From the NCBI GenBank assembly GCA_043228905.1, contig JBHGNT010000007.1:9672001-9736000 (forward strand): DNA of 64,000 nucleotides, written 5' to 3'. The stretch is from Azolla caroliniana. Lineage: Eukaryota > Plantae > Polypodiophyta. The notes below the pieces were generated by a model, which was given only the letters and a program-made list of their open reading frames with translations, ran no database searches and was not told where the DNA came from. The number at the start of each line of letters is the position of its first letter. The stretch's first letter is position 1. Both the position numbers and the translations under genes were made by a program. Positions 1 to 12,312 of the stretch are shown here, one piece after another.

Positions 1-3000
1 GATTTGCCAAGAACTTTCTTCTAGCTTCCAATCTTCCTTGTGTCTTGACCGACTATCAACATATCATCAACATATAGCAAGAGAATCAAGAAATCTCCTT
101 CCTCGTACCTTTTGATGAACACACAGTGATCAGCCTGTGTTTTCTGGAACCGATGTTCCATCATGAAGGACTCGAATTTCTTGTACCATTGGCGTGGAGC
201 TTGTTTCAGTCTGTACAAGCTTTTCCTCAGTTGACACACCGGATTCTCTTTCCCTTTCTCCTCAAAGCCTTTGGGTTGCTGCATGTAGATTTCTTCTTCT
301 AGCTCCCCGTGCAGAAATGTGGTTTTGACACCCAACTGTTCGATCTCCAGGTCCATGCTGGCCGCTATGCTCAGAATAGTTCGTATGGATGTCATCTTCA
401 TGACTGGTGTGAATATTTCGTCAAAGTCGAAGCCCTTCCTTTGTTGGAAACCCTTCACCACTATGCAGGTTTTATACCTGGGCTCGCTGTCGACTTCTCT
501 AGTCTTCACCTTGTAGACCCACTTATTCCTGAGTGCTCTCTTACCTTTTGACAGCTCTACTAGGTCATAGGTGTAATTCGCGTGCAAGGATTCCATCTCC
601 TCTTGCATCGCGCTCGGCCATTTTTCTTTGCTCTCGTCGGCAATGGCTTCTTCATAGCACTCCGGTTCACCGTCATCAGTCAAGAGGATGTATTGACTGG
701 AATATGTAATCGGTGCCTTCCTTTCTCTGAGTGGTTACCTTCGTCCACTCGTTGTTGGCTCTTTTCTGGATGTCTTTGCCAACTCTTCTCTTTGCTCGGG
801 ATTCTGTTCATCAATCGGCATCTCTAGGTTGGACAACTCCAACTCATATTCCTCAATTGATTTTAGCAGGTCTGCCGACTCAGACTCATAGTCTTTCAGT
901 TTTTCTGAGTCGACTGACTCGGATTCGGCTCTGTCGGCCAACTGTCTCCTTACAGCTGTCGGTGACGACTCACTTGGCCTTAAGTCGATGGTAGTCAAGG
1001 TTGACTGGGGAGTCGGTTTCAACTTCTGTTGCTTCTAGTCTTCAATTGTCTTGTCTTCTAGAAAGACTACATCCTGACTTCTCACTACCTTCTTGTCGAG
1101 TAAGTCCTAGAACCTGTAGCCGAACTCATCTTCCGAGTATCCCATGAATATGCATGCTTTCGACTTGCTGTCGAGCTTTGACCTCTGATCTTTTGGTACA
1201 TGCATATACGCCAAACATCCAAACACCCTCAGGTGTTGGTAGGAGACATCCTTCCCTGTCCACACCCTTTGTGGGACATCAACCTTTAATTGCACTGAGG
1301 GAGACCTGTTGATCAGATAAAAAATTGTGTGCAACGCCTTAGCCCAATAGGATTTCGACAGTTTCGCATGAGAGAGCATGCTCCTGACTCTCTCCATGAT
1401 CGTTCGATTCATCCTGTCTGCAAGCCCGTTCAACTTTGGGGTCTTTGGTACGGTGTATTCAATTCGAATACCTTGGCTCTTGAAGTATTCTTCGAATTGC
1501 CCTCTGTACTCTCCACCGTTGTCGGTTCGAACAACCATCAGTTTCCGACCTGACTCTCTTTCGGTTCTTGCCTGGAACTCCTTGAAAACCAACAATACTT
1601 TCTCCTTCGTCTTTAGGACAAAGGCCCATGTCTTTTGACTATGGTCATCAATGAATGTCACGAAGTACTGTCCACCTCGATGCGATGGAGCATCCACATA
1701 GCACACATCCGTGTGTACTAATTCCAGTGCAACTTCTCTTCTCCTCGGTGGTCTCAAGTCGAATGCCGTCCTGTTCTGCTTTCCGGCTAAGTAGTCAACA
1801 CACTTCTCCAGGTGCACTCCCTTCACTTCTGGTAGAAGTTTTTGGTCTGCTAACAGGTGCATTCCCTTCTCAGTCATGTGGCCTAGCCTTCTATGCCATA
1901 TCTCCCCTGCAGAGTCGGCTGCCATGTTTACTTCCGATTTGCACAGTCGGGCATGCATCATGTACAATGTGCCTTCTTTCTGTGCTCGGGCCACTATAAG
2001 ATTTCCTCGGCAGAACTTCCACTTGCCATTCCGAAAGCTACCACTGTAGCCTTCGTCATCAAGCCTTCCAGTCAATATCAGATTCAATCTGATATCGGGG
2101 ACGTGTCGAACATCCTTCAATGTTAGTCGACACCCTGTCGATGTCGTTAAGCACACACTTCCGACTCCGGTTATATTGCACTGTCCACTATCACCCATCT
2201 TTACATAGCCATGATATCCGGCTATGTAAGTCGAGAAGTACTCTCTTGACGGAGTAATGTGAAAGGATGCGCCAGAGTCGATCACCCAAGTGCACTCTTT
2301 GTTTGCAAGATTTGCAGTTGTCTACTCACAGATGAACATAAGTTCCTCATTGCTCGTAGCAATGGCCAAAGTGTTCTTTTCATCCGGAATTTTCCGGGGT
2401 TCGACATTATTTCTGACAGACTTATCTTTCTTCATGTGTCGGCAGTCCTTCTGGAAGTGTCCAAGTTTTCCGCAATAGAAGCACACAGGCTTACCTCTGG
2501 ACTTCAATCTAGTGTGGGATTTGTCCATTCATTGCGGACTTCTTCTTCGCCGGTCCCTTCCTCTATCCATGTGTTGAGTCAGATTCAACTCCGTTTGGGA
2601 TAAGACTCCTTTGTCTTTCCTCCTTGCCTCCTCGTTTAGGAGGCTTGTCTTCACCGTTTGTAAAGACAAGTTCTCTTCTTGACAAGAGGTGCTGAGAGTA
2701 AACACCAAGTTCTCCCAGCTTTTCGGTAGTGTGCACATCAGCAGGATGGCCTGCATTGCATCATCCAGGGGAAACTTGGTCGCAACAAGTTGATTTACAT
2801 ACCCCATAAACGTGCTGATGTGTTCGATGATACTCTCACCATCCCTATATTTCAGCCGTATGATCTTTCTCATCAACGAGGTTCTATTTAGCACGCTCTT
2901 CCTCTCATAAAGACCTGATAGCTTCTGCCACATCTCGTGGGCATTCGTGTCATTCGCTACATGTTGAAGGACACTTACATCGATACATTGTCGGATTGTG

Positions 3001-3185
3001 GCTACCGCCTTCCTATTCAGAAGCTTCTAGTCCGATTCCAATACTCCCCTGGGTATTTCTGCTCTATCGATTGGCTCGTACAAGTCTTTGACTATGAGAA
3101 GGTCCTCCATCTTGATCTTCCAATCTGCATAGTTCTGTGAGTTGAGAACTATCATACCTGGGAAACCGCTCACACCTCCTTTCAT
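1..3185 (-). pseudogene. Disrupted copia gag-pol (fragments 21-683 RT, 1107-2285 PR/INT, 2322-2933 gag)
   Basis: ATG at 3185 (MKGGVSGFPGMIVLNSQNYADWKIKMEDLL); several premature stops split the polyprotein into the listed ORFs. Confidence 0.9.
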
Positions 3186-3198
3186 GCTTGCACCTCAA

Positions 3199-3210
3199 GA
3201 TCTGATACCA
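3199..3210 (-). promoter_or_regulatory. Primer-binding site (tRNA-Met-i type) of E1
   Basis: Minus strand TGGTATCAGATC (consensus TGGTATCAGAGC), 3 nt after the LTR CA end. Confidence 0.85.
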
Positions 3211-3213
3211 GTT

Positions 3214-3815
3214 TGTTGAGAAATCGATGCGGAATAGATCACAATAAATGAACTACGTGCTGAAATACGAATTAAAGAAATATGCCAAGAAAAAAAAGAC
3301 AAGATTAACAATGGTGCATAGAGATTTACGTGGAAACCCTAAAACAGGGAAAAACCACGGATGAACATAATCTTCACTATACAAAGTGGATATACAACAC
3401 CGAGAGGAATACAACACTCTGTCGAGTGTATCAGCCACACAAGACTCTTCAAGTCTGTTGTTACTCACACAGCTATGGCGCGGCTCACACACACACTCTC
3501 TCTCTTTTCTCTCTCCTGCACACTACTATGTTCGTCTCATTGACACACAAACCAAAAGTTTGCCGTAGTTTCATATATACTTATGCAACTTTCTGGCTAT
3601 TTACATCCCTAGCCCACATGGGGCACACATGTACACGATTCCGATTTCAGCATCGGGCCCCATCCGGAGATACCTGTTTCCTAACATCATCATTATTGTT
3701 ACCATAATAATAATAGTTGAATTCTCAAACAGTCGACTCACTGTTCTCGACTCTTCGATTGTCGGCTTTCCAAATAGTTGGCTCTTCCTTCCACTGGAGG
3801 GACATATTCCCAACA
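3214..3815 (-). repeat. 5' LTR of E1 (~602 bp)
   Basis: TG...CA ends with 8/9 inverted repeat (tgttgagaa / ttcccaaca); the start TGTTGGGAATATGTCCCTCC is homologous to the other LTR starts in the window. Confidence 0.8.
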
Positions 3816-4612
3816 CTTAGTATGAAGTGTGAGGAAGGTGCTTTATATATAGTCACCCTCTCTCTTCATTAACTAACTACAACAACCACTCTCTCTCTTG
3901 GGGAATGTGAAGATTCATAGTCATGGGGAATATGTAACTCATTAGTTATGTGTCATAGAATATGGTTCTATGACACATAGTTAATGTGTAGAGGGTAGTG
4001 GTGTGTCTCTTGACCTTTGATTCTCAAAAGGTGTGTGCACACGTTGTGCTATGTTGAGCTTGATTCTCAACACGCCCCCTGAAGCTCAACTCGGGTCGGT
4101 TCCTTTTGATTGATGTCCACTTCGGCTGGTATCCGGTTCGGACGATCTCCGGTGTCCGCTTCGGCTCGTACCCGGTTCGGACAATATCCAGTTCTCGCTT
4201 GTACTCCCCCTCAAGCTTGGCAAGTCAGGGATCGTCAATCCAAGGTCTGACATGAATTGCCGAAGCTTGTCGGCTCCAAAGGCTTTGGTGAAGATGTCGA
4301 CCGTTTGAAGATTCGTGTTGATGTGTTGAAGGTCGACATCTCCGGCCTGTAAGCTCTCTCGAATGAAGTGATAGTGCACTTCGATGTGCTTTGTGCGCAC
4401 GTGGAACACCGGGTTCCAAGCCAGATATATATTGCTCATGTTGTCGCAGTAAATGGGAGTGAGATCCTTGATGGGGACGCCCAGATCCTTCAAAATCCTC
4501 TTGAGCCATACGGTTTCACATGCAGCTATGGCTGCACCCCTGTATTCGGCCTCTGTACTCGAAAGTGTGACAGTAGGCTGCTTCGTACTACTCCAAGATA
4601 TTGCTTCGCTAT
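3816..4612 (-). mobile_element. Remnant of a different copia element E0: RNase H end, PPT and partial 3' LTR
   Basis: AISWSS.KQPT...STEAEY and IYCDNMS...NPVFH.RTKHIEVHYHFIRE...DIFTK (ORF 4086-4493); PPT AGGGGGCG followed by TGTTGAGAATC at 4072; TATA at ~3842-3850. Confidence 0.88.
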
Positions 4613-5579
4613 TGTGAAAATACGACGAGGATACGTGAACTTGAGGCAGGACCTCGGGGCCTCCAACCAGAGGATATCAAATTCGTATGTTTATATTAAA
4701 GAATTAATAGAAATGAGAAAGATTGACAAATTTCATTAACAAAGGGGAAGAAAGATTACAATCTATCCCAAGATTGGGATTACAAAAGTTTAAGCTTACG
4801 GAGATTAATAGAATAATAGATTAGAAGAAACGAAGATATGGATTCAATAGGAAAATTAGGATTTTCTTCTCTAAGATAATTAGGCTTAGCGTTTTTTTCC
4901 CCAAGGAATGGGAGAGAGAAGAAGAGAATGGGCCCCCAAAAAGAAGAAGAAGAAACTAGAGAAAAGAAAGTGGTATATATATCAAGTTCCTTCTTGATCA
5001 TCGCCTCCCATGTTCCTTTGCATGTGTCCCCTTTTTGTTGCATGGACTCCATTTTTAGTTGTTTGGCCTTTATTTTTAGCTGCATGGCCTCACTGCAGGC
5101 ATCGTGGTTGCCAAAAACTGTGTTATTCCTTAGGCTGGACAACCCCCAACACAGGGTGTCCCTTGGAACACTTCAGCAAAGGGTGGTACGGGGAGATATG
5201 GATAAACCGTGGTATCCAATGGGTCATAAACGGTTACTATACGACACTGGTAATGATTGTAGCACACACATAAGATTAATTATATTAAGCACAGGACGGT
5301 GACCAAATAGATACTAAACACTATGTAAAATAGCAACACTTCTATTAATTATCCATCCTTGATTACATTCTTCCCGGGTCCTTTTATAGGTCTCCGATTG
5401 AGTTACAAACTAGTGACAACTAGCAACGGGCAACGATCCAACCGGATTTGAATTAGCATACCAATTCTAGGTCCGTTTGTCCGCTTCTCAAAATCACATA
5501 ATACTCCGCTTCTCAAAATAACATAATTAAATCCTTATTAATTTCAACTCCCTATTCCTAATTAAACACCCCTTTCACA
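4613..5579 (-). mobile_element. Putative LTR (~967 bp) of an unidentified retrotransposon, interrupting E0 RNase H
   Basis: 7-bp terminal inverted repeat TGTGAAA...TTTCACA; minus-strand CCTATAAAAGG TATA at ~5381-5391; no TSD. Confidence 0.5.
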
Positions 5580-5618
5580 TTCTGGACTCTAACTGCCCTT
5601 TGTCCTTGTTGGCCAACA

Positions 5619-8600
5619 TCTATAACATAAAGCTTAACATATTAGCCGATTGAACTCAATTTCACTCGTATCAAAAGTACAAGGTATATTGTTTAATTAA
5701 AGTAACGACATTTCTCGATACTCGGCTTTCACCCGAGCGACTCAGGTTCAAGTCCCAACAATGGAAACATCAAGTCTAGTTCAGGTTGCATCTTATACAA
5801 AAAGAGTCTCATAATTGACAAATACAAGACATAAAACCTTGTGGTGACATAATCTACATGTCGTGGGTTACAATGGTTGCCTCCAATTCAAAATATCTAT
5901 ACGTATCAAATTTGAAAGGATAATACGTGTTGAAAAACCCAAAGCGTCTCATGTGACTTGCGCATTCAAAATTACGTCTTATGTGACTTGCGTCTAATTA
6001 AATCTTGTTGGTTAGAATTATTCACTCTATTCCTAATCATTGACGAATCTTTTAATTTGATAAAAAAATCGTCTTCTATAACATAAAGCTGAACATATAT
6101 TAGCCGATTGAACTCAATTTCACTCGTATCGAATGTCCGAGGTCTATTGTTTAATTAAAGTAACCACATTTCTCGACAATTCATTCCAAGGGATAAAATC
6201 ACATTTCACTTAAAAGGAAACATACTTGATGCTCTCCTTTAGTAAACGATGAACCATGAAGGAAACACTAGGATACCATGTATCATCTTCTGTTTCCGCA
6301 ATTGATGGTTAATTGAGATTTTATTTTATTTTAGAGAAACATCCTTCCACTTTGTCAACTCCATACTCCAGTGTATTCTAGTTGGTTAGGATACTCGGCT
6401 TTCACCCGAGTGACCTGGGTTCAAGTCTCGACAATGGAAACATCAAGTCTAGTTCAAGTTGCATATTATATGACAAAAGTTTATTAATTAACAAATTCAA
6501 GACATTAAACCTTGTGATGACAGAATCTACATGTAGTGGGTTACAATGGTTGCCTCCAATTCAAAATATCCATATGTATTGACTTTGAAGGTATAATACG
6601 TGTCGACAAACCTAAAGCGTGTCATGTGACTGGCGCATTAAAAATTATGTCTTACCGGAAATATCTCATTAAGGCTTGTATGTTATAGTGGGTTAGAATT
6701 ATTCATTCTGTTCGCAATCGGGGAGGAATCATTAAATTTCACTTTGTTCATACTTAAAGTAATGACATTTCTGGACAATTCATTCAGGGGATAAAATCAC
6801 ATTTCACTTAAAAGGAAATTCATTCAAGGGGATAAAATCACATTTCAATTAAAAGGAAACATACTTGATGCTCTCGTTTAATAAACGAAGAACCACGAAG
6901 GCAATACTATGATATCATGTGTCACTTGCGTTCCCGCAATTTATGGTTCATTGAGATTTCATTTTATTTTATAGAAACATCCTTCAACTTTATCAACTCC
7001 ATACTCCATTGTAGTCTAGTTTGTTAGGATACTGGGCTTTCACCCAAGTGACCCGGGTTCAAGGTTTAATAATGGGAACATCCAGTCTAGTTCAAGTTGC
7101 ATACATCTTATACGAAAAAAGTCTCATAATTGAGACATACAAGACATAAAACTTGTGGTGACATAATCTACATATAGTGGGTGACAATGGTTGCCTCCAA
7201 TTCAAAATATCCATACGTATCGAATTTGAAAGGATAATACGTGAAAAACCTAAAGCGTCTCATGTGACATGTGCATTGAAAATTAAGTCTTGCCATAAAT
7301 ATCTTAATAAATCTTGGCGGTTAGAATTATTCACTCTATTCCTAATCATTGAGGAATCTTTTAATTTGATAAAAAAATCGTCTTCTCTAACATAAAGCTT
7401 AACATATTAGCTGATTGAACTCAATTTCACTCGTATTGAAAGTACGGGGTATATTGTTTCATTAAAGTAAGGACATTTCTTGACTATTCATTCAAGGGGA
7501 TAAAATTACATTTCACTTAATAGGAAACATACTTGATGCTCTCCTTTAGTAAACGAAGAACCACGAAGGCAACACTAGGATATCATGTGTCATCTTACGT
7601 TTCCGCAATTTATGGTTAATTGAGATTTTATTTTATTTTAGAGAAACATCCTTCAACTTTGTCAACTCCATACTCCATTGTAGTCTAGCTAGGTAGGATA
7701 CTCGGCTTTCATCCGAGCGACCCGGGTTCATGTCCCGGCAATGGAAACATCAAGTGTAGTTCAGGTTGCATGTTCTACGAAAAATGTCTCATAATTGACA
7801 AATACAAGACACAAAACCTTGTGGTGATATAATATACATGTAGTCGGTTACAATGGTAGCCACCAATTCCCAATTCTCAATTGTATTCAAGGGGATAAAA
7901 TCACATTTCATTTAAAAGGAAACATACTTGATGCTCTCCTTTAGTAAACGAAGAACCACGAAGGCAACAGTAGGATATCATGTGTCATCTTGCGTTTCTG
8001 CAATTCATGGTTAATTGAGATTTTATTTTATTTTAGAGAAACATCCTTTAACTTTACAACTCTATACTCCATTGTAGTCTAGCTGGTAAGGATACTTGGA
8101 TTTCACGTGAGCGACCCGTGTTCAAGTCCTGGCAATGGAAATATCAAGTCTAGTTTAAGTTGCATCTTATAAGGAAAAAGTTTCTTAATTGACAAATACA
8201 AGACATAAAACCTTGTGGTGACATATTCTGCATGTAGTGGGTTAGAATGGTTGCCTCCAATTGAAAATATCCATACGTATCGAATTTGAAAGCATAATAG
8301 GTGTTGGAAAACCTGAATCGTCTCATGTTACTTGCGTATTCAAAATTTGGTCTTACCATAAATATCGAATTAAATCTTGTCGGTTAACATTATTCACTCT
8401 ATTCCTAATCATTGAGGAATCTTTTAATTTGATAAAAAATTCGTCTTCTATAATATAAAGCTTAACATATTAGTTGATTAAACTCAATTTCACCTGTAAC
8501 GAAAGTATGAGGTATATTGTTTAAATAAAGTAACAACATTTCTCGACAATTCATTCAAGGGGATAAAATCACATTTTACTAGGATATCATGTGTCATCTT

Positions 8601-9537
8601 GCGTTTTTCGCAGTTTATGGTTAATTGAGATTTTATTTTATTTTAGAGAAACATCCTTTAACTTTGTCAACTCCATTCTCCATTGTAGTCTAGTTGGTTA
8701 GGATACTCGACTTTCACTCGAGCGATCCGGGTTCAAGGCTCAGCAATGGGAACATCAAGTCGAGTTCAGGTTGCATACATCTTATACGAAAAAAGACTCA
8801 TAATTGAGAGATACAAGACAGAAAACCTTGTGGTGACATAATCTACATGTAGTGGGTGACAATGGTTGCCTCCAATTGAAAATATCCATATGTATCGAAT
8901 ATGAAAGGATAATACGTGTTGAAAAACCTAAAGCGTCTCATGTGACATGCACATTCAAAATTAAGTCTTGCCATAAATATCTAATTAAATCTTGGCGGTT
9001 AGAATTATTCACTCTATTCCTAATCATTGAGGAATCTTTTAATTTGATAAAAGAAATCGTCTTCTACAACATAAAGCTTAACATATTAGCTGATTGATCT
9101 CAATTTCACTCGTATCGAAAGTACGTGGTATATTGTTTAATTAAAGTAACAACATTTCTTGACAATTCATTCAAGGGGATAAAATCACATACTTGATGCT
9201 CTCCTTTAGTAAACGAAGAACCACGAAGGCAACACTAGGATATCATGTGTCAGCATGCGTTTCCGCAGTTTATGCTTAATTGAGATTTTATCCTTCAACT
9301 TTGTCAACTCCATACTCCATTGTAGTGTAGTTGGTTTGGATGCTCACCTTTCACCCGAGTGACCCGAGTTCAAGTCCCGGCAATGGAAACATCAAGTCTA
9401 GTTCAAGTTGCATACATGTTATACGAAAAAAGTCTCATAATTGACAAATACAAGACATAAAACCTTGTGGTGACATAATCTACATGTAGTGGGTTACAAT
9501 GGATGCGTCCAATTCAAAATATCCATTCGTATTGTAT
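5619..9537 (+). pseudogene. Oldest array layer: ~7 degenerate tRNA-Glu copies in ~670-bp monomers
   Basis: Copies near 5717, 6367, 7005, 7674, 8067, 8678 and 9316 mostly carry stem-breaking substitutions; spacer has an extra ~237-bp module. Confidence 0.8.
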
Positions 9538-11604
9538 TGGATCCTACACTTGGTAGCCGAACTCATCATTGCCGTATCCGAGGAATATGCATGGTTGGGT
9601 CTTTGGATCCAACTTTCCTCTCCGGTCCTTAGGAACAGGCACGTACGCGAGACACCCGAACACCTTCAACTACCAGTAGGACACTTCCTTACCGGTCCAC
9701 ACCTTTTGCGGTGTGTCTCTATCCAAGGGCATTGAGGGTGATCTGTTTATCACATACGTCGCTGTCGACATCTCCTCAGCCCAAAATGTCTTGGGTAGTT
9801 TAGCATGTGCTAGCATATTCCGGACCCTCTCCATTATGGTCCGGTTCATCCTCTCGGCTAGCCCGTTTAGTTCCAGCGTCTTCGGTATGATAAATTCGAG
9901 TCGGATTCCCTTCGATCGGTAGTACTCCTCAAACTGCCCCCGGTATTCCCCTCCATTATCTGCTCGAACCGCCTTCAGGTTCCGTCTGGTTTCTCTTTTC
10001 ACTCTTGTGTGGAGCCCCTTGAAGATGGATAACACCTGATCCTTCATCTTCAACGGTGTGGCCCACAGCCCCATGCTGTGGTCATCTATGAACGTCACGA
10101 AGTACTGCGCTCCGGCATGGGACTTCGTGTCCACTTGACACACATCGGTATGCACCAACTCCAATGGTGCATTACATCTCATCGGTGGCCTTGATTGGAA
10201 GGAGGTCCGGTTTTGCTTACCGGCTAGGGAGTCGGTGCACCTCTCAAGATGCATGTTCTTCACCAGAATAAGGTTGTCATCGGCAAGCCTCTTCATCCCC
10301 TTCACGCTCATGTGACACGGTCTCTTGTGCCACAACTCACCGGCAGTGTTGGAAGCCACGTTCACTTCTTCTGGGCATAACCGAGCATTCATCAGGTACA
10401 ACGTGTTGACCTTTCGGGCCCGAGCCACTATCAGCCTCCCTTTGCTGAATTTCATGACTCCGTTCCGGATGCTACCAGTGTAGCCTTCATCATCTGGCCA
10501 ACCGGCTGATATCAGGTTCAATGTCAGACATCCTTCAACAGTAGCTTGCATCCACACATCTCCTATGCCAACAATTCGGCATGTACTTTCATTCCCCATC
10601 TGAACACAGCCGTGATCACCGGCTGTGTAGGATGAGAAGCATTTCCGGTTTGGGGTAAGGTGGAACGACTCTCCGGAATCGACAACCCACGTTGTCTCGT
10701 CGCCGGAAAGGTTCAACTCACTCTCCTCGGTGATGACCATCAACTCTTTTTCACTTGCCGCGATTGCTGTCGTTCCCTTCCGGTCTGGTCCCCTCTAGTC
10801 TTTACCGTTCCGGTCCGGTGTCCACTTTGAATTGGTACCGTGGGTTTCCTTGTCTTTTCGGAAGTGCTGACAGTTCTTCTGGAAGTGTCCCAGCTTGCCG
10901 CAATAGAAGCAAGTAGGCCTCCCCCTTGACTTTGACCTTGTCCTCGACTTTTCCCGGTTCTGGGGACTACGGTTCCTTTGTCTTCCGCGTTCCGATTCCG
11001 TAAGGAGCGCTTTGGATTCGAAGCTCATATCCTTGTCTCTCCGATGTGCCTCCTCATCTAGCAAGCTCAACTTCACTCTTGCTAGGGATAACCGTTTCCC
11101 TTCCGGCCCGGTGTTGCCCAAAGTGACAACCAACGTCTCCCAGCTATCTGGGAGGGAACTGAGCAGGAGTAGTGCTAGTACCTCATCGGCGAGAGGTACT
11201 TCCAATGATGTTGCTTGGTGGATCGGCCCTTGGAAAGCATTCATGTGCTCCGCCATGCTAGAGCCATCTTGGTACCGGAGTCTTACTAGCTTTCGAAATA
11301 CCGAAACTTGATTAAGAACATTTTTGTTCTGAAACATAATGCTGATCTTATCCTAGAGCTAATGAGCCTTTCTCTCTTCATTGAAGTTGTTGTATAGGCT
11401 CATGTCGATGAAGCACCATATGTACGCCGTTGTCTTCATGTGCATCACCTCCCATATTGTGGCATCAATCTTGTCCGGTCTCTTGTCCCCGAACTGAACC
11501 GGCAACCAAAGATCTTTAACCACGAGCATGTCCCTCATCTTCGACTTCCACACTGAGTAGTTGGAGGCGGCGAGCTTGAACATGCCTCCCAATGAATCGT
11601 CCAT
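9538..11604 (-). pseudogene. E2 gag-PR-INT pseudogene
   Basis: ATG at 11604 (MDDSLGGMFKL); stops, frameshifts and a small deletion in the protease-integrase linker. Confidence 0.88.
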
Positions 11605-11640
11605 TTTTCTTTTCTGTGTCGTTTTGCTTTGATACAAATT

Positions 11641-12312
11641 TGACGAGAAATTTGCGGAATAATCTTCGGCCACAACCGAAGCTTAGATCACTTGATAACA
11701 ATCAAACACAGAAGAAATGGGAAGTGGAGATAAGTACACAAACAGAAAGAGACTGCATAGGATGTTAACGTGGAAAACCCTGAGAGGGAAAAAACCACGG
11801 GAGTCCACAGACTCCAAACTATCACAATATCAAAATACAACAGAGAGCACAGAGGCAATGACCTCTTTCTCTCAATCTTCGCCTGGCGGCGGTTACAGCA
11901 GAGACACAATCTTTGTATATTGTTGTCACTCTCTCTCTTACGCACTGTACAGAAGTTACACCAATAACTCTATCATAATACACATTGAGTTTGCCCTAGG
12001 TCATATTTATACTAATATGACTTTCGGGCTATTCAAAAATATAGCCCTAGTGGGCTCTCCGGAACATATTTACATATATGTCCCTTTCATCCGATGACAG
12101 GTTCTCACCGGGCCTGTAACATCCGCTTCTCACCGGGTCTTCCTTGCCGGGTACTCGTCATCCGGTTCTTGCCAGGTCTTCCGTTGTCGGGTACTCCACA
12201 TCCAATTCTCACCAGGTCTACAACACCCGGTTCTCACCGGGTCTTCCTTGCCGGGTACTCGTCATCCGGTTCTCACCGGGTTTTCCGTTACCGGGTACTC
12301 CACATCCGGTTC
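11641..12312 (-). repeat. 5' LTR of E2, U3 end deleted; contains ~104-bp CCGG-rich tandem repeats
   Basis: End homologous to the E1 LTR end (tgacgagaaat..gcggaata); repeat period shown by MPGTRHPVL ORFs at 12144 and 12248. Confidence 0.8.

Larger units (their letters stand above)
1..3815 (-). mobile_element. Ty1/copia LTR retrotransposon E1 (Tnt1/Tork-like), 5' LTR through RT; runs off the window's left edge
   Basis: Domain order gag (CFYCGKLGHFQKDC zinc knuckle) - protease (IDSGASFH) - integrase (HRRLGH, VHTDV, RTDNGGEY, NGLADRMNR) - RT (LLLYVDDML), plus PBS and LTR. Confidence 0.95.
9538..12312 (-). mobile_element. Truncated copia element E2 inserted in the array (5' LTR, gag, PR, INT; no RT or 3' LTR)
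   Basis: ORFs 11359-11673, 10795-11337 (CFYCGKLGHFQKNC) and 9670-10743 (VVDSGESFH, VHTDV, RADNGGEY); degenerate PBS TTGTATCAAAGC at 11626-11637; LTR from 11641. Confidence 0.92.

Noticed and set aside
4780-5302. 120-124-aa ORFs as host genes
   Set aside because: Low-complexity frames within a putative LTR, with no recognisable domain
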